A stretch of 64,000 nt of DNA from an uncultured delta proteobacterium (GCA_963775425.1 CAVZJB010000016.1:1269682-1333681), one strand, 5' to 3'. Positions 20,330 through 30,088 are shown, counted from the first letter of the stretch. Made by a program: numbers and translations. The notes: a model not told the origin generated them from the letters alone.

Positions 20330-21150
20330 CGACGACGTCGGGGCCGCCCAAGGCCCACCAACACAAGAAGCTCGACGACCTCCCCCAGCACGCGCGCGAG
20401 CGCCTCGAGGGGATGAAGAAGCACCACTTCTTCACGAGCGACCTCTCCGTCAACGAGTTCCTCCTCGTGAAGGAGGCGGGCTTTCAGCCGCTCGGCCTCG
20501 TCATGGGCTCGAGCATCTACCACATCGGTGTGCAGCAGATTCGCGCGGGCATCGCCGAGGAGCTCACCATGCTCACGCAGGCGATGTACAGCGCGCGCGA
20601 GCTCGCCATGGTGCGCATGGAGGAGGAGGCCGACGCGCTCGGCGCCGACGGCGTCGTCGCCGTTCGCCTCGACCTCAACGTCCACGCCTGGGGCGCCAAC
20701 GTCGTCGAGTTCCTCGCCATCGGCACCGCCGTGAAGAGCCTCGACAGCAGCCAGACCTACCGAAACAGCGAGGGCCGCCCCTTCACCAGCGACCTCTCGG
20801 GCCAGGACTTCTGGACGCTGTTGAACGCCGGCTACCGCCCCGTCGGCTTCGTCATGGGCAACTGCGTCTACTACGTCGGTCAGGCGCCCGGCGGGCAGCC
20901 CACCGAGAACAAGGAGCTCGACGGCATCACGCAGTCCCTCTACGACGCGCGCGAGCTCGCCATGGAGCGCATGCAGGTGGAGGCGGAGGCGATGGAGGCC
21001 GCCGGCATCGTCGGCGTCGTCATCGACGAGAACAACCACACGTGGGGCCCGAGCATCCTCGAGTTCGCCGCGGTCGGCACCGCCGTCGTCCCCATCCGCG
21101 AGGACCACCACATCGAGCGCCCGTCGCTCGTGCTCAGCGTGGGCGACTGA
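20326..21150 (+). CDS. Double YbjQ (UPF0145, heavy-metal-binding annotated) domain protein 1
   Basis: FTSDLSVNEF...LGLVMGSSIYH...ARELAMVRMEEEADALGADGVVAVR...AIGTAV, repeated as FTSDLSGQDF...ARELAMERM...GIVGV...AVGTAV. Confidence 0.88.
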   Translation: MTTTSGPPKAHQHKKLDDLPQHARERLEGMKKHHFFTSDLSVNEFLLVKEAGFQPLGLVMGSSIYHIGVQQIRAGIAEELTMLTQAMYSARELAMVRMEEEADALGADGVVAVRLDLNVHAWGANVVEFLAIGTAVKSLDSSQTYRNSEGRPFTSDLSGQDFWTLLNAGYRPVGFVMGNCVYYVGQAPGGQPTENKELDGITQSLYDARELAMERMQVEAEAMEAAGIVGVVIDENNHTWGPSILEFAAVGTAVVPIREDHHIERPSLVLSVGD

Positions 21151-21152
21151 GC

Positions 21153-22130
21153 GTGGCCATCGATCTGAAGGCGAGCATCGCGCGTGTGGAGAAGGGCGGC
21201 ATCCCGCTGCGCGCGGCCGAGCGCCTGCGCGAGGAGACCGACGGCCGCCTGTTCACGAGCGATCTCTCCGTGCCCGAGTTCCTGCTCACGCGGAAGGCCG
21301 AGTGCGATCCCATCTCGCAGGTGATGGGCTCGAGCATCTATCACGTCGGCCAGATCCCCGATTACAAGGGCAAGACCAGCGAGATCACCGTCATCAGCGA
21401 CGCGCACCGCGCCTCGCGCCGCCTCGCGCTCGATCGCCTCAAGGAGGAAGCGGCGCTCGTCGGCGCCGACGCCGTCGTCGGCGTTCACCTGCGGGATCGC
21501 ATGATCACGATGGGCGCCCGGGGCAAGGGCGGCGACGACGGCGGCGAGGTCCTCGAGTTCACCGTCGTCGGCACCGCGGTGCGCGCGCCGTGGATCACGC
21601 ACGACAAGGGCGACCCCATCATCACCGATCTCTCCGGCCAGGACCTGTGGGCGCTGTCCGCGGACGGCTTCGAGCCGTGCGGCTTCCTCTTCGAGTTTTG
21701 CCGCTACCACGTGTGGCACGTGACCAAGGGCGTGTCCGCGGGGGCACAGGAGCTGCGCGCCGCGAGCGACGCCGTGGAGCGCGCGCGCTCCATCGCCGCG
21801 AGCAAGCTGTTGAAGCAGGCGGCGCATCACGAGGCCGAGTTCGTCATCGGCAGCGACGTCAGCGTCGAGGTGCGCGAGGTGCCGTGCGGGTTCGGCGGGT
21901 GCCCGCTCGACGACCTCGACGTCGACGTGAGCTGGTTCGGCACCGGCATCCGCCGCATCCCCGGCACGCGCAAGAGCGTCCACTCGGTGCCGCCCCTGCT
22001 GCTGTCCATGATGCCGCTCGGCAGGAAGAACGCCGCCGTCGTCGACGCCGAGGACGACGAGGACGACGTCAAGATCGCCGCCGAGGAGGCGGAGGAGGCC
22101 GCGCTCGAGGCGGATGAGGGCTCCGAATGA
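21153..22130 (+). CDS. Double YbjQ domain protein 2 with acidic C-terminal tail
   Basis: FTSDLSVPEF...LALDRLKEEAALVGADAVVGV...VVGTAV; TDLSGQDLW; tail DAEDDEDDVKIAAEEAEEAALEADEGSE. Confidence 0.85.
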   Translation: MAIDLKASIARVEKGGIPLRAAERLREETDGRLFTSDLSVPEFLLTRKAECDPISQVMGSSIYHVGQIPDYKGKTSEITVISDAHRASRRLALDRLKEEAALVGADAVVGVHLRDRMITMGARGKGGDDGGEVLEFTVVGTAVRAPWITHDKGDPIITDLSGQDLWALSADGFEPCGFLFEFCRYHVWHVTKGVSAGAQELRAASDAVERARSIAASKLLKQAAHHEAEFVIGSDVSVEVREVPCGFGGCPLDDLDVDVSWFGTGIRRIPGTRKSVHSVPPLLLSMMPLGRKNAAVVDAEDDEDDVKIAAEEAEEAALEADEGSE

Positions 22131-23257
22131 GTGACGAGCGGTCCCAGACGCCCGCCGATCGAGCGCGGCAGCCCGCCGATCTGCCGGTCCACGCGCGCGA
22201 GCGCCTGGCCGACATGCGGGCGCGCCACCTGTTCACGAGCGACCTGTCCGTGAGCGAGTTCGTCCTCGTGCGCGAGGCGGGCTTCGAGCCGCTCGGGCTC
22301 GTCATGGGCACGTCCATCTATCAAGTGGCGCCCAAGATCCCGAAGCTGTCGCGCGACGAGCCCGGACGCGAGCTCACCGACACCACCAAGGCGCTCTATC
22401 ACGCGCGCGAGCTCGCGATGAACCGCATGGAGGAGGAAGCCGACGCCCTCGGGGCCGACGGCATCGTCGGCGTGCGCCTCACGGTGAACCTCTCGCTCGA
22501 CCCGCGCCGCCAGGCCTGGCAGCGATACCGGGCTTGGCAGCGCTGGGCCAAGAAGCTCGGCTACCGGCGGCCGCCCAACGTGCAGATGACGGGGTACTTC
22601 TCCGGCTGGGAGAAGGTCGCCACCGCGCAGTGGAAGACGTACTGCCAGCAGATGGGATGGGCGCAGGTGACGCTCGCGCCGTGGCAGCAGCCCGGCGGAC
22701 AGGCGAGCGTGCAGCTCGGCGCCAACACCGCGGAGTTCATCGCCATCGGCACCGCCGTCCGGCACAGGAGCGGCTACGCCGGCTACAAGAACAAGCGCGG
22801 CAAACCCTTTCAGTCGGACCTGTCGGGGCAGGACTTCTGGCTGCTCATCCGCTCGGGCTACCGCCCCGTCGGCTTCGTGATGGGCAACTGCGTCTACTAC
22901 ATCCCTCCGCGCATGCTGCAGGCGTCGGCGACGAGGAGCACCGAGCTGTCGGCGTACACGCACGCGCTGTACGACGCGCGCGAGCTGGCCATCGAGCGGC
23001 TGCAGGAGGAGGCGGAGGCCATCGGCGCCACCGGCATCGTCGGCGTCACCGTCGCCGAGCGCCAGCACTCCTGGCGCACGAACCCGTGGAACATGGGCAA
23101 CGCGGCGCTCCAAAGCGGCGAGGTGCTCGAGCTGTTCGTCATCGGCACCGCCGTGGTGCCCGCCAGCGCGCGCGACGGCGACGGCGACGTGGGCGCGCCG
23201 GCGCTCGTCTTCTCCGCGCGCGACGCCGTCCGCGTCGCAGGCGAAGGGGGCGAGTGA
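22127..23257 (+). CDS. Double YbjQ domain protein 3 with Trp-rich insertion
   Basis: FTSDLSVSEF...ARELAMNRMEEEADALGADGIVGVR; FQSDLSGQDFW...GYRPVGFVMGNCVYY. Confidence 0.88.
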   Translation: MSDERSQTPADRARQPADLPVHARERLADMRARHLFTSDLSVSEFVLVREAGFEPLGLVMGTSIYQVAPKIPKLSRDEPGRELTDTTKALYHARELAMNRMEEEADALGADGIVGVRLTVNLSLDPRRQAWQRYRAWQRWAKKLGYRRPPNVQMTGYFSGWEKVATAQWKTYCQQMGWAQVTLAPWQQPGGQASVQLGANTAEFIAIGTAVRHRSGYAGYKNKRGKPFQSDLSGQDFWLLIRSGYRPVGFVMGNCVYYIPPRMLQASATRSTELSAYTHALYDARELAIERLQEEAEAIGATGIVGVTVAERQHSWRTNPWNMGNAALQSGEVLELFVIGTAVVPASARDGDGDVGAPALVFSARDAVRVAGEGGE

Positions 23258-24069
23258 TGGCCAAGGCGGCGCAGGCGGCGCTCTCGGAGCTGTCGGTCAC
23301 CGAGTTCCTCACGCTCTCGCGCATCGGCTTTCTGCCGAAGGGCCTGGTGGTGGGCTCGTGCGTGTTCTCCGCGGGCACGCAGTACGACTGGGACGTGAGC
23401 ACCGGCGAGGTGACGGCGCTGTCGGCCTCCATGCGCGACGCGCGCAGGCTCGCCATCCGCCGCATGCGCAAACAGGCCGCGGAGCTCCACGCCGACGGCG
23501 TCGTCGACGTGCGCCTGGAGGTCGAGCACCACCTGTGGCGCGGCGCGCGGCAGGTGGCCAAGTGCCTGGCCGTCGGCACCGCGGTGTCCGCCGATCCGCA
23601 CGCGCCGGAGAGCCTGACGCACGCCCCGAGCCTGCGGCTGCAAAACGGCCAACCCTTCGACAGCGACCTGAGCGCCGCCGACTTCGTCACGCTGCTCGCC
23701 GCCGGGTATCGCCCCGTCACCGTCGCCATGGGCAACTGCGTCTACGGCCTCGATCCGCGCGAGCTGCGCAAGCACCGCGGCAACGACGCCGAGATCGAGG
23801 TGTACACGCAGGCGTTCTTCGACGCGCGAGAGAGCGCCATGGAGCGGCTCCAGAACGATCTGTTCTCGGAGTGGCCGCCGGGGAAGAAGGACACGCCCGT
23901 CGGCATCGTGGGCATGACGGTGTCGGAGTCCACCTACGGCGGGCAGTCGTCATCGGGGCCGCCCATCGTGGAGTTCACCGCGCTCGGCACCGCCATCGCC
24001 GCGCTCGAGGAGGACGATCCGCGGCGCGGCATGCCCAAGCCCAAGGTCGTCGTCGCGCTCGATCGCTGA
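23257..24069 (+). CDS. Double YbjQ domain protein 4
   Basis: LSELSVTEF...ARRLAIRRMRKQAAELHADGVVDVR...AVGTAV; FDSDLSAADF...GYRPVTVAMGNCVY; TGATG overlap. Confidence 0.85.
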   Translation: MAKAAQAALSELSVTEFLTLSRIGFLPKGLVVGSCVFSAGTQYDWDVSTGEVTALSASMRDARRLAIRRMRKQAAELHADGVVDVRLEVEHHLWRGARQVAKCLAVGTAVSADPHAPESLTHAPSLRLQNGQPFDSDLSAADFVTLLAAGYRPVTVAMGNCVYGLDPRELRKHRGNDAEIEVYTQAFFDARESAMERLQNDLFSEWPPGKKDTPVGIVGMTVSESTYGGQSSSGPPIVEFTALGTAIAALEEDDPRRGMPKPKVVVALDR

Positions 24070-24070
24070 A

Positions 24071-24625
24071 CTATGCGGCGGCGTTCGCGCCGGCGGCCGC
24101 CTTCACGGCCTCCACCTCGATGACGACGTTGACCCTGTCGCCGACGAGCACGCCGCCGGCCTCGAGCGCGACGTTCCAGTTGAGGCCGAAGTCCTTGCGG
24201 TCGACCGCCGCGGCGGCGGAGAAGCCTGCGCGCTCGCCGCCCCACGGATCCTTGGCGCGGCCGGCGTACTCGACGTCGAGCGCCACGGGCCTGGTGGTGC
24301 CGCGAACCGTGAGCTCGCCCTCCACGCGGAAGCGGTCCTGGCCGGGCTTTTCGACCTTCTTGGACTTGAAGGTGATGGTCGGGTGCTTGTCGACGTCGAG
24401 GAACTCGGCGCTCTTCAAGTGCGCGTCGCGCTTTTCGTCGCCGGTGTCGATGCTCGCGGCGTCGATCTCCACCTCCACCCGCGACTTCTCCGGGGCGTCC
24501 TCGTCGACGAACAGCGTGCCGCGCCAGCTCGTGAAGCCGCCGCGCACCTTGGTGACCATCAGGTGCCGGACCCAGAAACCCACGGTCGAATGTTGCAGAT
24601 CAAAATCCCACGTCTCGCTCGCCAT
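24071..24625 (-). CDS. yceI: YceI-family lipid/polyisoprenoid-binding protein
   Basis: WDFDLQHSTVGFWVRHLMVTKVRGGF...ASIDTGDEKRDAHLKSAEF...DPWG...RKDFGL; GGAGG RBS. Confidence 0.92.
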   Translation of the reverse strand: MASETWDFDLQHSTVGFWVRHLMVTKVRGGFTSWRGTLFVDEDAPEKSRVEVEIDAASIDTGDEKRDAHLKSAEFLDVDKHPTITFKSKKVEKPGQDRFRVEGELTVRGTTRPVALDVEYAGRAKDPWGGERAGFSAAAAVDRKDFGLNWNVALEAGGVLVGDRVNVVIEVEAVKAAAGANAAA

Positions 24626-24739
24626 GCATTGCCTCCTGTTCCACCATCGGATGCGCGAAACCGGACCAGGTTCCGGATCTGCGTCCCCGCCTGCGGCGAT
24701 CCACGCGGCCGCGGGGCCGGCTCGTGGTACATGGGCCCC

Positions 24740-25564
24740 ATGCGCGCCCCCGCCGCCGCGTTCCTCCTCACCCTCGTCGCGGGCTGCGACCCGCCGGGGA
24801 CCACCGATCAGCTCACCGTCGTCGTCGCCGCCGACCGCGCCCGCGCCCAGGAAGATCAGGCGCGGCTCGCCGAGATGCAGCACGCGCTCGACGGCGCCAA
24901 GCGCGAGCTCGACGACACCCGCAGCGATCTCGCCGCCCTCCGCGAGCGCCTCCTCGCCGCCGGCGCCATCACCGCGGACGAGGCGAAGAAGCTCGAGCGG
25001 CGCGAGCAGGCGCTCACCGCGCGCGAGCGCGCCCTGCCCGCGGCCGCGGCGGCGCCGGCGGCGGGGCTCACCCGCGCCGACGTCGAGGCGCTGTTGAAGG
25101 CGCAGGAGGAGCGCCTCCGCGCGGACCTGGCTGCCCCCGCGGGCCCCGCCGCGCCCGCCGCGCCCGCCGCGCCCGCCGCCGACGCCGGGGACGAGGACGT
25201 CTCCGCCGCCCTGGCCGCCGCCGCGCGCCTGCGAAGCCAGCGCGGCCTGCAGGAGGACGACGTGCCGCGCGGGCTCGCGCTGGAGCGGCAGGTGCGCAAG
25301 GCGCTCGAGGGCAAGCGGCACGGCGAAGCGCTCACCGCCGCCAACGCCCTCGTCAAAGCGACGGCGGACGTGAAGGTCGACACCGCGTTCGTGAAGAAGA
25401 AGTACCAGCGCGCCAACGACCTGTTGCTGTCGTCGTCGTCGACGCTGTCCGCGGACGCGAAGAAGAAGGTCCAGGAGCTGATGGGCAAGGCCGTCCGCGC
25501 CATCAGCGACGGCGACGCGCCGCGCGCCAACGAAGCGCTGAACGCGGCGTTGGACCTGCGCTAG
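24740..25564 (+). CDS. Hypothetical coiled-coil lipoprotein
   Basis: Lipobox LTLVAGC, long heptad-rich helices. Confidence 0.7.
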   Translation: MRAPAAAFLLTLVAGCDPPGTTDQLTVVVAADRARAQEDQARLAEMQHALDGAKRELDDTRSDLAALRERLLAAGAITADEAKKLERREQALTARERALPAAAAAPAAGLTRADVEALLKAQEERLRADLAAPAGPAAPAAPAAPAADAGDEDVSAALAAAARLRSQRGLQEDDVPRGLALERQVRKALEGKRHGEALTAANALVKATADVKVDTAFVKKKYQRANDLLLSSSSTLSADAKKKVQELMGKAVRAISDGDAPRANEALNAALDLR

Positions 25565-25571
25565 CCGGGCC

Positions 25572-26123
25572 TCAGGCCGAGCGCTTCAGCTCGGTGCGGC
25601 CCTTGTCCGCGATCATCTCGTCGAGGGCGGCGGTCAGGGCGCCGAGCACGCGGCGGGTGCCGTCGAGGTCGCCGCTCGCGAGGCGGGTGAGCGCCTTGCC
25701 GACGGCGTGCTCGGGGGTGCCCTCGATCAGGAGGTCGAGGTCCGTGCCGGCCTTGCTGAGCTGGAAGAGGGCCCGGCGGCCGTCGCTCGGATCGGGGCGG
25801 CGCTCGATCAGCTCACGCCGCTCGAGCCGGCGCAGGATGCCGGTCAGGGTGCTCGGGTGGATCTGGAGGATGCGCGCGATCTCGCCGGCCGAGGCCCGCG
25901 GGAACTGCCCGACGATCCGGACAACCAATCGTTGGGGCCCCGTGATCCCGAAGCGCTGCTCCATCCGTTTCGACGTCGACTGCAGGGAGTGGTCGACGGC
26001 CCAGAGCAGGCGCATGAAGTCGAGCGTGCCGGTCAGCGACAGGTCACGGCGCCGTTCGTCGGTCACGAGGACCTCGATGGGACGGGAAGGAGCGGCCTCG
26101 GTTTCGTTTTGGGGTGCGTCCAA
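25572..26123 (-). CDS. MarR-family transcriptional regulator
   Basis: GITGPQRLVV...AGEIARILQIHPSTLTGILRRLERRELIERRPDPSDGR; start uncertain. Confidence 0.88.
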   Translation of the reverse strand: MDAPQNETEAAPSRPIEVLVTDERRRDLSLTGTLDFMRLLWAVDHSLQSTSKRMEQRFGITGPQRLVVRIVGQFPRASAGEIARILQIHPSTLTGILRRLERRELIERRPDPSDGRRALFQLSKAGTDLDLLIEGTPEHAVGKALTRLASGDLDGTRRVLGALTAALDEMIADKGRTELKRSA

Positions 26124-26299
26124 TTTGGCTCTCCTGAGATCTGGCGGTGGGGATCATAATTGCCGAACCAAGAGCCAACGAACCAGGGGTGAGACGCATG
26201 ATCTGGGGATGATCTGGGATAGATGTGTCTGAAGATCTGCACGCGCCGCGTCCGGACGCCATTTGGGCGATCCGGTGGCGACGGCCGGCGCCCGCCGAA

Positions 26300-26367
26300 G
26301 TGAGACAGCCACCGCGGCCGATGTGAGACAGCCACCGGCAGCCGGCCGCAAGCGAGGCGAGACAGCC
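26300..26367. repeat. Three direct repeats of GAGACAGCC between the HAD and MarR genes
   Basis: GTGAGACAGCCACCG at 26300 and 26323; GAGACAGCC at 26359. Confidence 0.7.
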
Positions 26368-26369
26368 GC

Positions 26370-27026
26370 TCAGAGGTCGAGCACCGGCCAGCGGTGGGTC
26401 CGGGCGAGGGCGCGCAGCCGGAAGTCCGGGTTCACCGCGGCCGGCCGCCCGACCACCGAGAGCATGGGGACGTCGCTCATCGAGTCGCTGTAGGCGGCGC
26501 AGTCGTCGAGGTCGAAGCCGTGGCTCTTCGCGTGGTCCTTGATGATCCGCGCCTTCTCCGGGCCGGCGACGATGGGCGGCAGCAGCTTGCCCGTGGCGAG
26601 GCCGTCGCGGATCTGGAGGCGGTTGCCGATGACGTCGTCGGCGTCGAGCACCTTGGCCAGGCGGTTCAGCAGGAAGTCCGGTGAGCCCGACAGGAGCACC
26701 ACGCGGTGCCCGGCCGCGCGGCTGCGCTTCACCAGATCGAAGGCGCCCTTGTAGAGCGCGGGGCGCATGACCGAGTCGAACGCCTCGTCGGCGAGGTCCA
26801 GCAGGCGGTCCTCGGAGATGCCTGCGTAGCCGCGAAAGAGCCACTCGTTGAACGTGCCGCGATCCACCTGCTCGGCCGCGAACAGGGCGGGCACGCTCGC
26901 GAACGTCTTCAAGACCCTTCCTGCCCCGAACAGCGGGTTCTGCTGGTTCATCACGTAGAAGCGAAGCGTGTCGAAGAGGTTGGTCTTGACCAGGGTCCCG
27001 TCGACGTCGAAGTAGCTCGCGGCCAT
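26370..27026 (-). CDS. HAD-IB family hydrolase (SerB-like)
   Basis: YFDVDGTL, LLSGS, K motif, AYSDSMSDVPML; GGAGG RBS. Confidence 0.9.
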   Translation of the reverse strand: MAASYFDVDGTLVKTNLFDTLRFYVMNQQNPLFGAGRVLKTFASVPALFAAEQVDRGTFNEWLFRGYAGISEDRLLDLADEAFDSVMRPALYKGAFDLVKRSRAAGHRVVLLSGSPDFLLNRLAKVLDADDVIGNRLQIRDGLATGKLLPPIVAGPEKARIIKDHAKSHGFDLDDCAAYSDSMSDVPMLSVVGRPAAVNPDFRLRALARTHRWPVLDL

Positions 27027-27112
27027 CGCCCTCCGATACCGCACCGCGCGGGGCGCGCAAGGCATCCCCGCGCGCCCCGTTGACCCCCCCGCGCGGCGTG
27101 GCACCAAGGGGG

Positions 27113-30088
27113 ATGCAAACCCTCTTCGCCCTGGCGCTCGTCGCCGCCGCCCCGCTGTCCGCGCCCGCCGTCGAGGGTGCCGTCGGGGGCGCCGCCGGGG
27201 GCACCGTCGGGGGCGCCACGGGGGCCGCGCCCGCCGCGGGGGCGGCCGCCGGGCACTTCGGGATGCGCGCCTACCTGAAGGCGGGCCAGGAGGTCGTCGT
27301 CGGCGCGCGCACCGACATGATCGCGGTGCGCTCGTCCCTCTCCGTGGACGAAGCGGCGCGCCTCGTCGAGGCCGCCGCCGCCGCCAAGGTGCCGGAGGCC
27401 CTCGTGAGCGGCGCCAAGCTCCTGCGGCCGCACGGCCTCGTGCTCGTCGAGCTCGCGCACGCGGTCACGCGCGCGCAGATCGAGTCGCTCGCCTCTGCCG
27501 TCGCCGCGCGCGAGGGCGTGCGCGTGTACCCCGCCCTGTCGCGCATGACGGGCCGCGCCTTCTACGACGAGCACCTCGTCGTCACCGCCCTCCCCGGCCA
27601 CCTCGACGACGTCGTCGCCGCCGTGATCGAAAAGACCGGCGGCGCGTTCGTGAGAAAGAGCCTGGTGCCCCACACGGCGCTCGTCACCGTCGGCGCCGCC
27701 GTCGGCTACGACGCCGTGGACGCCAGCCGCGCGCTCGCCGACCTGCCCGGCCTGGTGTCCGCGGAGCCCGACCTCTACCGCGAGCTCCAGCCGTTGAACG
27801 TGGTGCCGAACGATCCGCTGTTCGCGCAGCAGTGGCACCTCTCCCGCCAGCCGGGCTCGGACGTGCCGGGCACCGGGCAGATCTTCGCCGACCAGGCGTG
27901 GGACACCACGCGCGGCGACGGCGTGCGCGTGGCGGTGTTCGACACGGGCATCGACGTCGACCACCCCGACCTCGTCGACAACATGCTCCCCGGCTTCGAC
28001 GCCGCCAACGACGACGACGATCCGCGCCCCGAGTGCTCGCAGCAGTTCGACGGCCGCGACACGGTCGCCGACTGTCCGTCGTCGGCGCCCTACAAGGAGT
28101 CCCACGGCACCTCGGTCTCGGGCACCGTCGCCGGCGTCGCCGACAACGGCATCGGCATCTCCGGCGTGTGCCCCCACTGCGAGATCGTCCCGGTGCGCTT
28201 GCTCGGCGACGTGGCCGCCAGCAGCCTGGGCATCGCGGAGACGTTCATCCGGGCGGTGGACCCGCCGTTCTCCGTCGACGTCATCAACAACTCCTGGGGC
28301 CCGGGCTTCTCGCTGTTCTTCCCGCTGTCCACGTCCGAGCAGGACGCCTTCGACCACGCGCGCGACGCGGGCCGCGACGGCCGCGGCACCGTCATCCTCT
28401 TCGCCGCCGGCAACGACACCTCGGACGTGCGCAGCGACGCCTACTCGTCGAACCCGTACGTGATCACCGTGGCGGCGAGCACCAACGTCGACGACTGGGC
28501 CTTCTACTCGAACTTCGGCTTCCAGGTGGACGTGGCCGCGCCGAGCCAGGGGCTGCCCGCGCAGCAGGACGGCTTCCCGGACGACGACTTCGGCATCGTC
28601 ACCACCGACGTCGAGGGCGACGACGGCTACGCCCCCGGCGACTTCGAGACGGAGTTCAACGGCACCTCCGCGGCGTCCCCCGTCGCCGCCGGCGTCGCCG
28701 CGCTCGTCCTCGCGGTGAACCCGTCGCTGACGGCGGAGCAGGTGCGGCTGGTGCTCACGCGCAGCGCGGACAAGGTCGGCGGCGACCAGCTCCCGTGGGA
28801 CGACTTCCTCTCGGCCGACGATCAGGCCTTCTTGTTCGACTACGACGACACCGGCCACGCCAACGCCTTCGGCTACGGCCGCGTGAACGCCGCGCGCGCC
28901 GTGGACCTCGCGCGGGACCCGGGGAAGGCCGGCGGGCTGTGCGGCGAAAACGGCTGCGACTTCTGCTCGGCGGAGCTGCGCTGCCTGGACCGGTGCACGA
29001 GCCAGAGCGACTGCGTCGACGGCACCATCTGCAACACCACGCTCGGCGCGTGCGAGCTGCCGCGGGACGCGCCCGCCGACCTCCTGTCGCGCTGCGCGTC
29101 GAGCCCGGGCGACGCCGCCTGCGTCTGCGGGGCCGATTGCGCCTTCTGCACGCCCACGCTCGACACGGAGTTCAACCCCGTCGACATCTGCACGACGTCC
29201 TGCGCCACCGACGACGACTGCGGCAGCGGCTTCGACTGCCGCCTGACGGAGCCGGGCGGGCCGTCCATCTGCGCGGTGGGCGACGCTTCGGCGGGGGAGC
29301 CCAACGACTTCTTCGCCTGCTTCTCGTCACAGATCGGCGCGTCCCTCGTGGTGACGACGGACGGCGGGCGCGAGCTGTGCGGCGACGTGTGCTTCTCCGA
29401 CGAGCCGGGCGCGTGTCCGTACGGCTTCTCCTGCCGCTCGGCGGACTGCCAGTGCTCGGCGCAGGGGTGCTTCCAGCTCGACTGCGGCCCGGACGACGAC
29501 CCCGCCCACCCCGACCCGAGCGACTTCGCGTTCCCGGTGTGCCTGCCGAACCCGGGCCACGCCGACACGTGCTCCAGCGACCTCGACTGCCAGACCGGCG
29601 ATTACTGCAAAGACGGCGCGTGTCGCCTCGACGACCGCGGCGGTTGCGACATCTGCTCCGCGTGCGCCAGCGACGACGACTGCGCCGGCCGCGGCGTGTG
29701 CATCGGCTTGCAGAACGACGGCGTCGGCCAGTGCGCGTGGGCCTGCGAGGACAGCGACCCCTGCCCCGGTGACTCCGTGTGCCGCGCCGTCGACGCGCGC
29801 CACGGGCAGCTCAAGGTGTGCCTGAGCCCGGAGGGGGGCACCGACGAGGCCACCCGCTGCGACCCGAGCTACACCTGCAGCGTGGCCTGCCGCGACGACG
29901 TGCCCTGCCCCGACGGCAAGATCTGTCAGAGCGGCGCGTGCGTCGTCGACGTCACGCCCGGCGACGGCAAAAACGTCGGCGTCGCCGGCGGCGGGTGCCA
30001 CTGCGGCGCGTCGTCGGGGGCCGACGGCGCCGCCGCTCTCGCGCTGCTGGCGCTCTTCGGGGCGCTCCGCCGCCGCCGCCGCCGCTGA
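27113..30088 (+). CDS. Subtilisin-like S8 serine peptidase with Cys-rich repeats and MYXO-CTERM-like tail
   Basis: FDTGID, HGTSVSG, FAAGN, FNGTSAASP; tail GGGCHC...LALLALFGALRRRRRR. Confidence 0.92.
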   Translation: MQTLFALALVAAAPLSAPAVEGAVGGAAGGTVGGATGAAPAAGAAAGHFGMRAYLKAGQEVVVGARTDMIAVRSSLSVDEAARLVEAAAAAKVPEALVSGAKLLRPHGLVLVELAHAVTRAQIESLASAVAAREGVRVYPALSRMTGRAFYDEHLVVTALPGHLDDVVAAVIEKTGGAFVRKSLVPHTALVTVGAAVGYDAVDASRALADLPGLVSAEPDLYRELQPLNVVPNDPLFAQQWHLSRQPGSDVPGTGQIFADQAWDTTRGDGVRVAVFDTGIDVDHPDLVDNMLPGFDAANDDDDPRPECSQQFDGRDTVADCPSSAPYKESHGTSVSGTVAGVADNGIGISGVCPHCEIVPVRLLGDVAASSLGIAETFIRAVDPPFSVDVINNSWGPGFSLFFPLSTSEQDAFDHARDAGRDGRGTVILFAAGNDTSDVRSDAYSSNPYVITVAASTNVDDWAFYSNFGFQVDVAAPSQGLPAQQDGFPDDDFGIVTTDVEGDDGYAPGDFETEFNGTSAASPVAAGVAALVLAVNPSLTAEQVRLVLTRSADKVGGDQLPWDDFLSADDQAFLFDYDDTGHANAFGYGRVNAARAVDLARDPGKAGGLCGENGCDFCSAELRCLDRCTSQSDCVDGTICNTTLGACELPRDAPADLLSRCASSPGDAACVCGADCAFCTPTLDTEFNPVDICTTSCATDDDCGSGFDCRLTEPGGPSICAVGDASAGEPNDFFACFSSQIGASLVVTTDGGRELCGDVCFSDEPGACPYGFSCRSADCQCSAQGCFQLDCGPDDDPAHPDPSDFAFPVCLPNPGHADTCSSDLDCQTGDYCKDGACRLDDRGGCDICSACASDDDCAGRGVCIGLQNDGVGQCAWACEDSDPCPGDSVCRAVDARHGQLKVCLSPEGGTDEATRCDPSYTCSVACRDDVPCPDGKICQSGACVVDVTPGDGKNVGVAGGGCHCGASSGADGAAALALLALFGALRRRRRR

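Noticed and set aside
26300-26367. Mini-CRISPR
   Set aside because: Repeats are only 9-15 nt with very short uneven spacers
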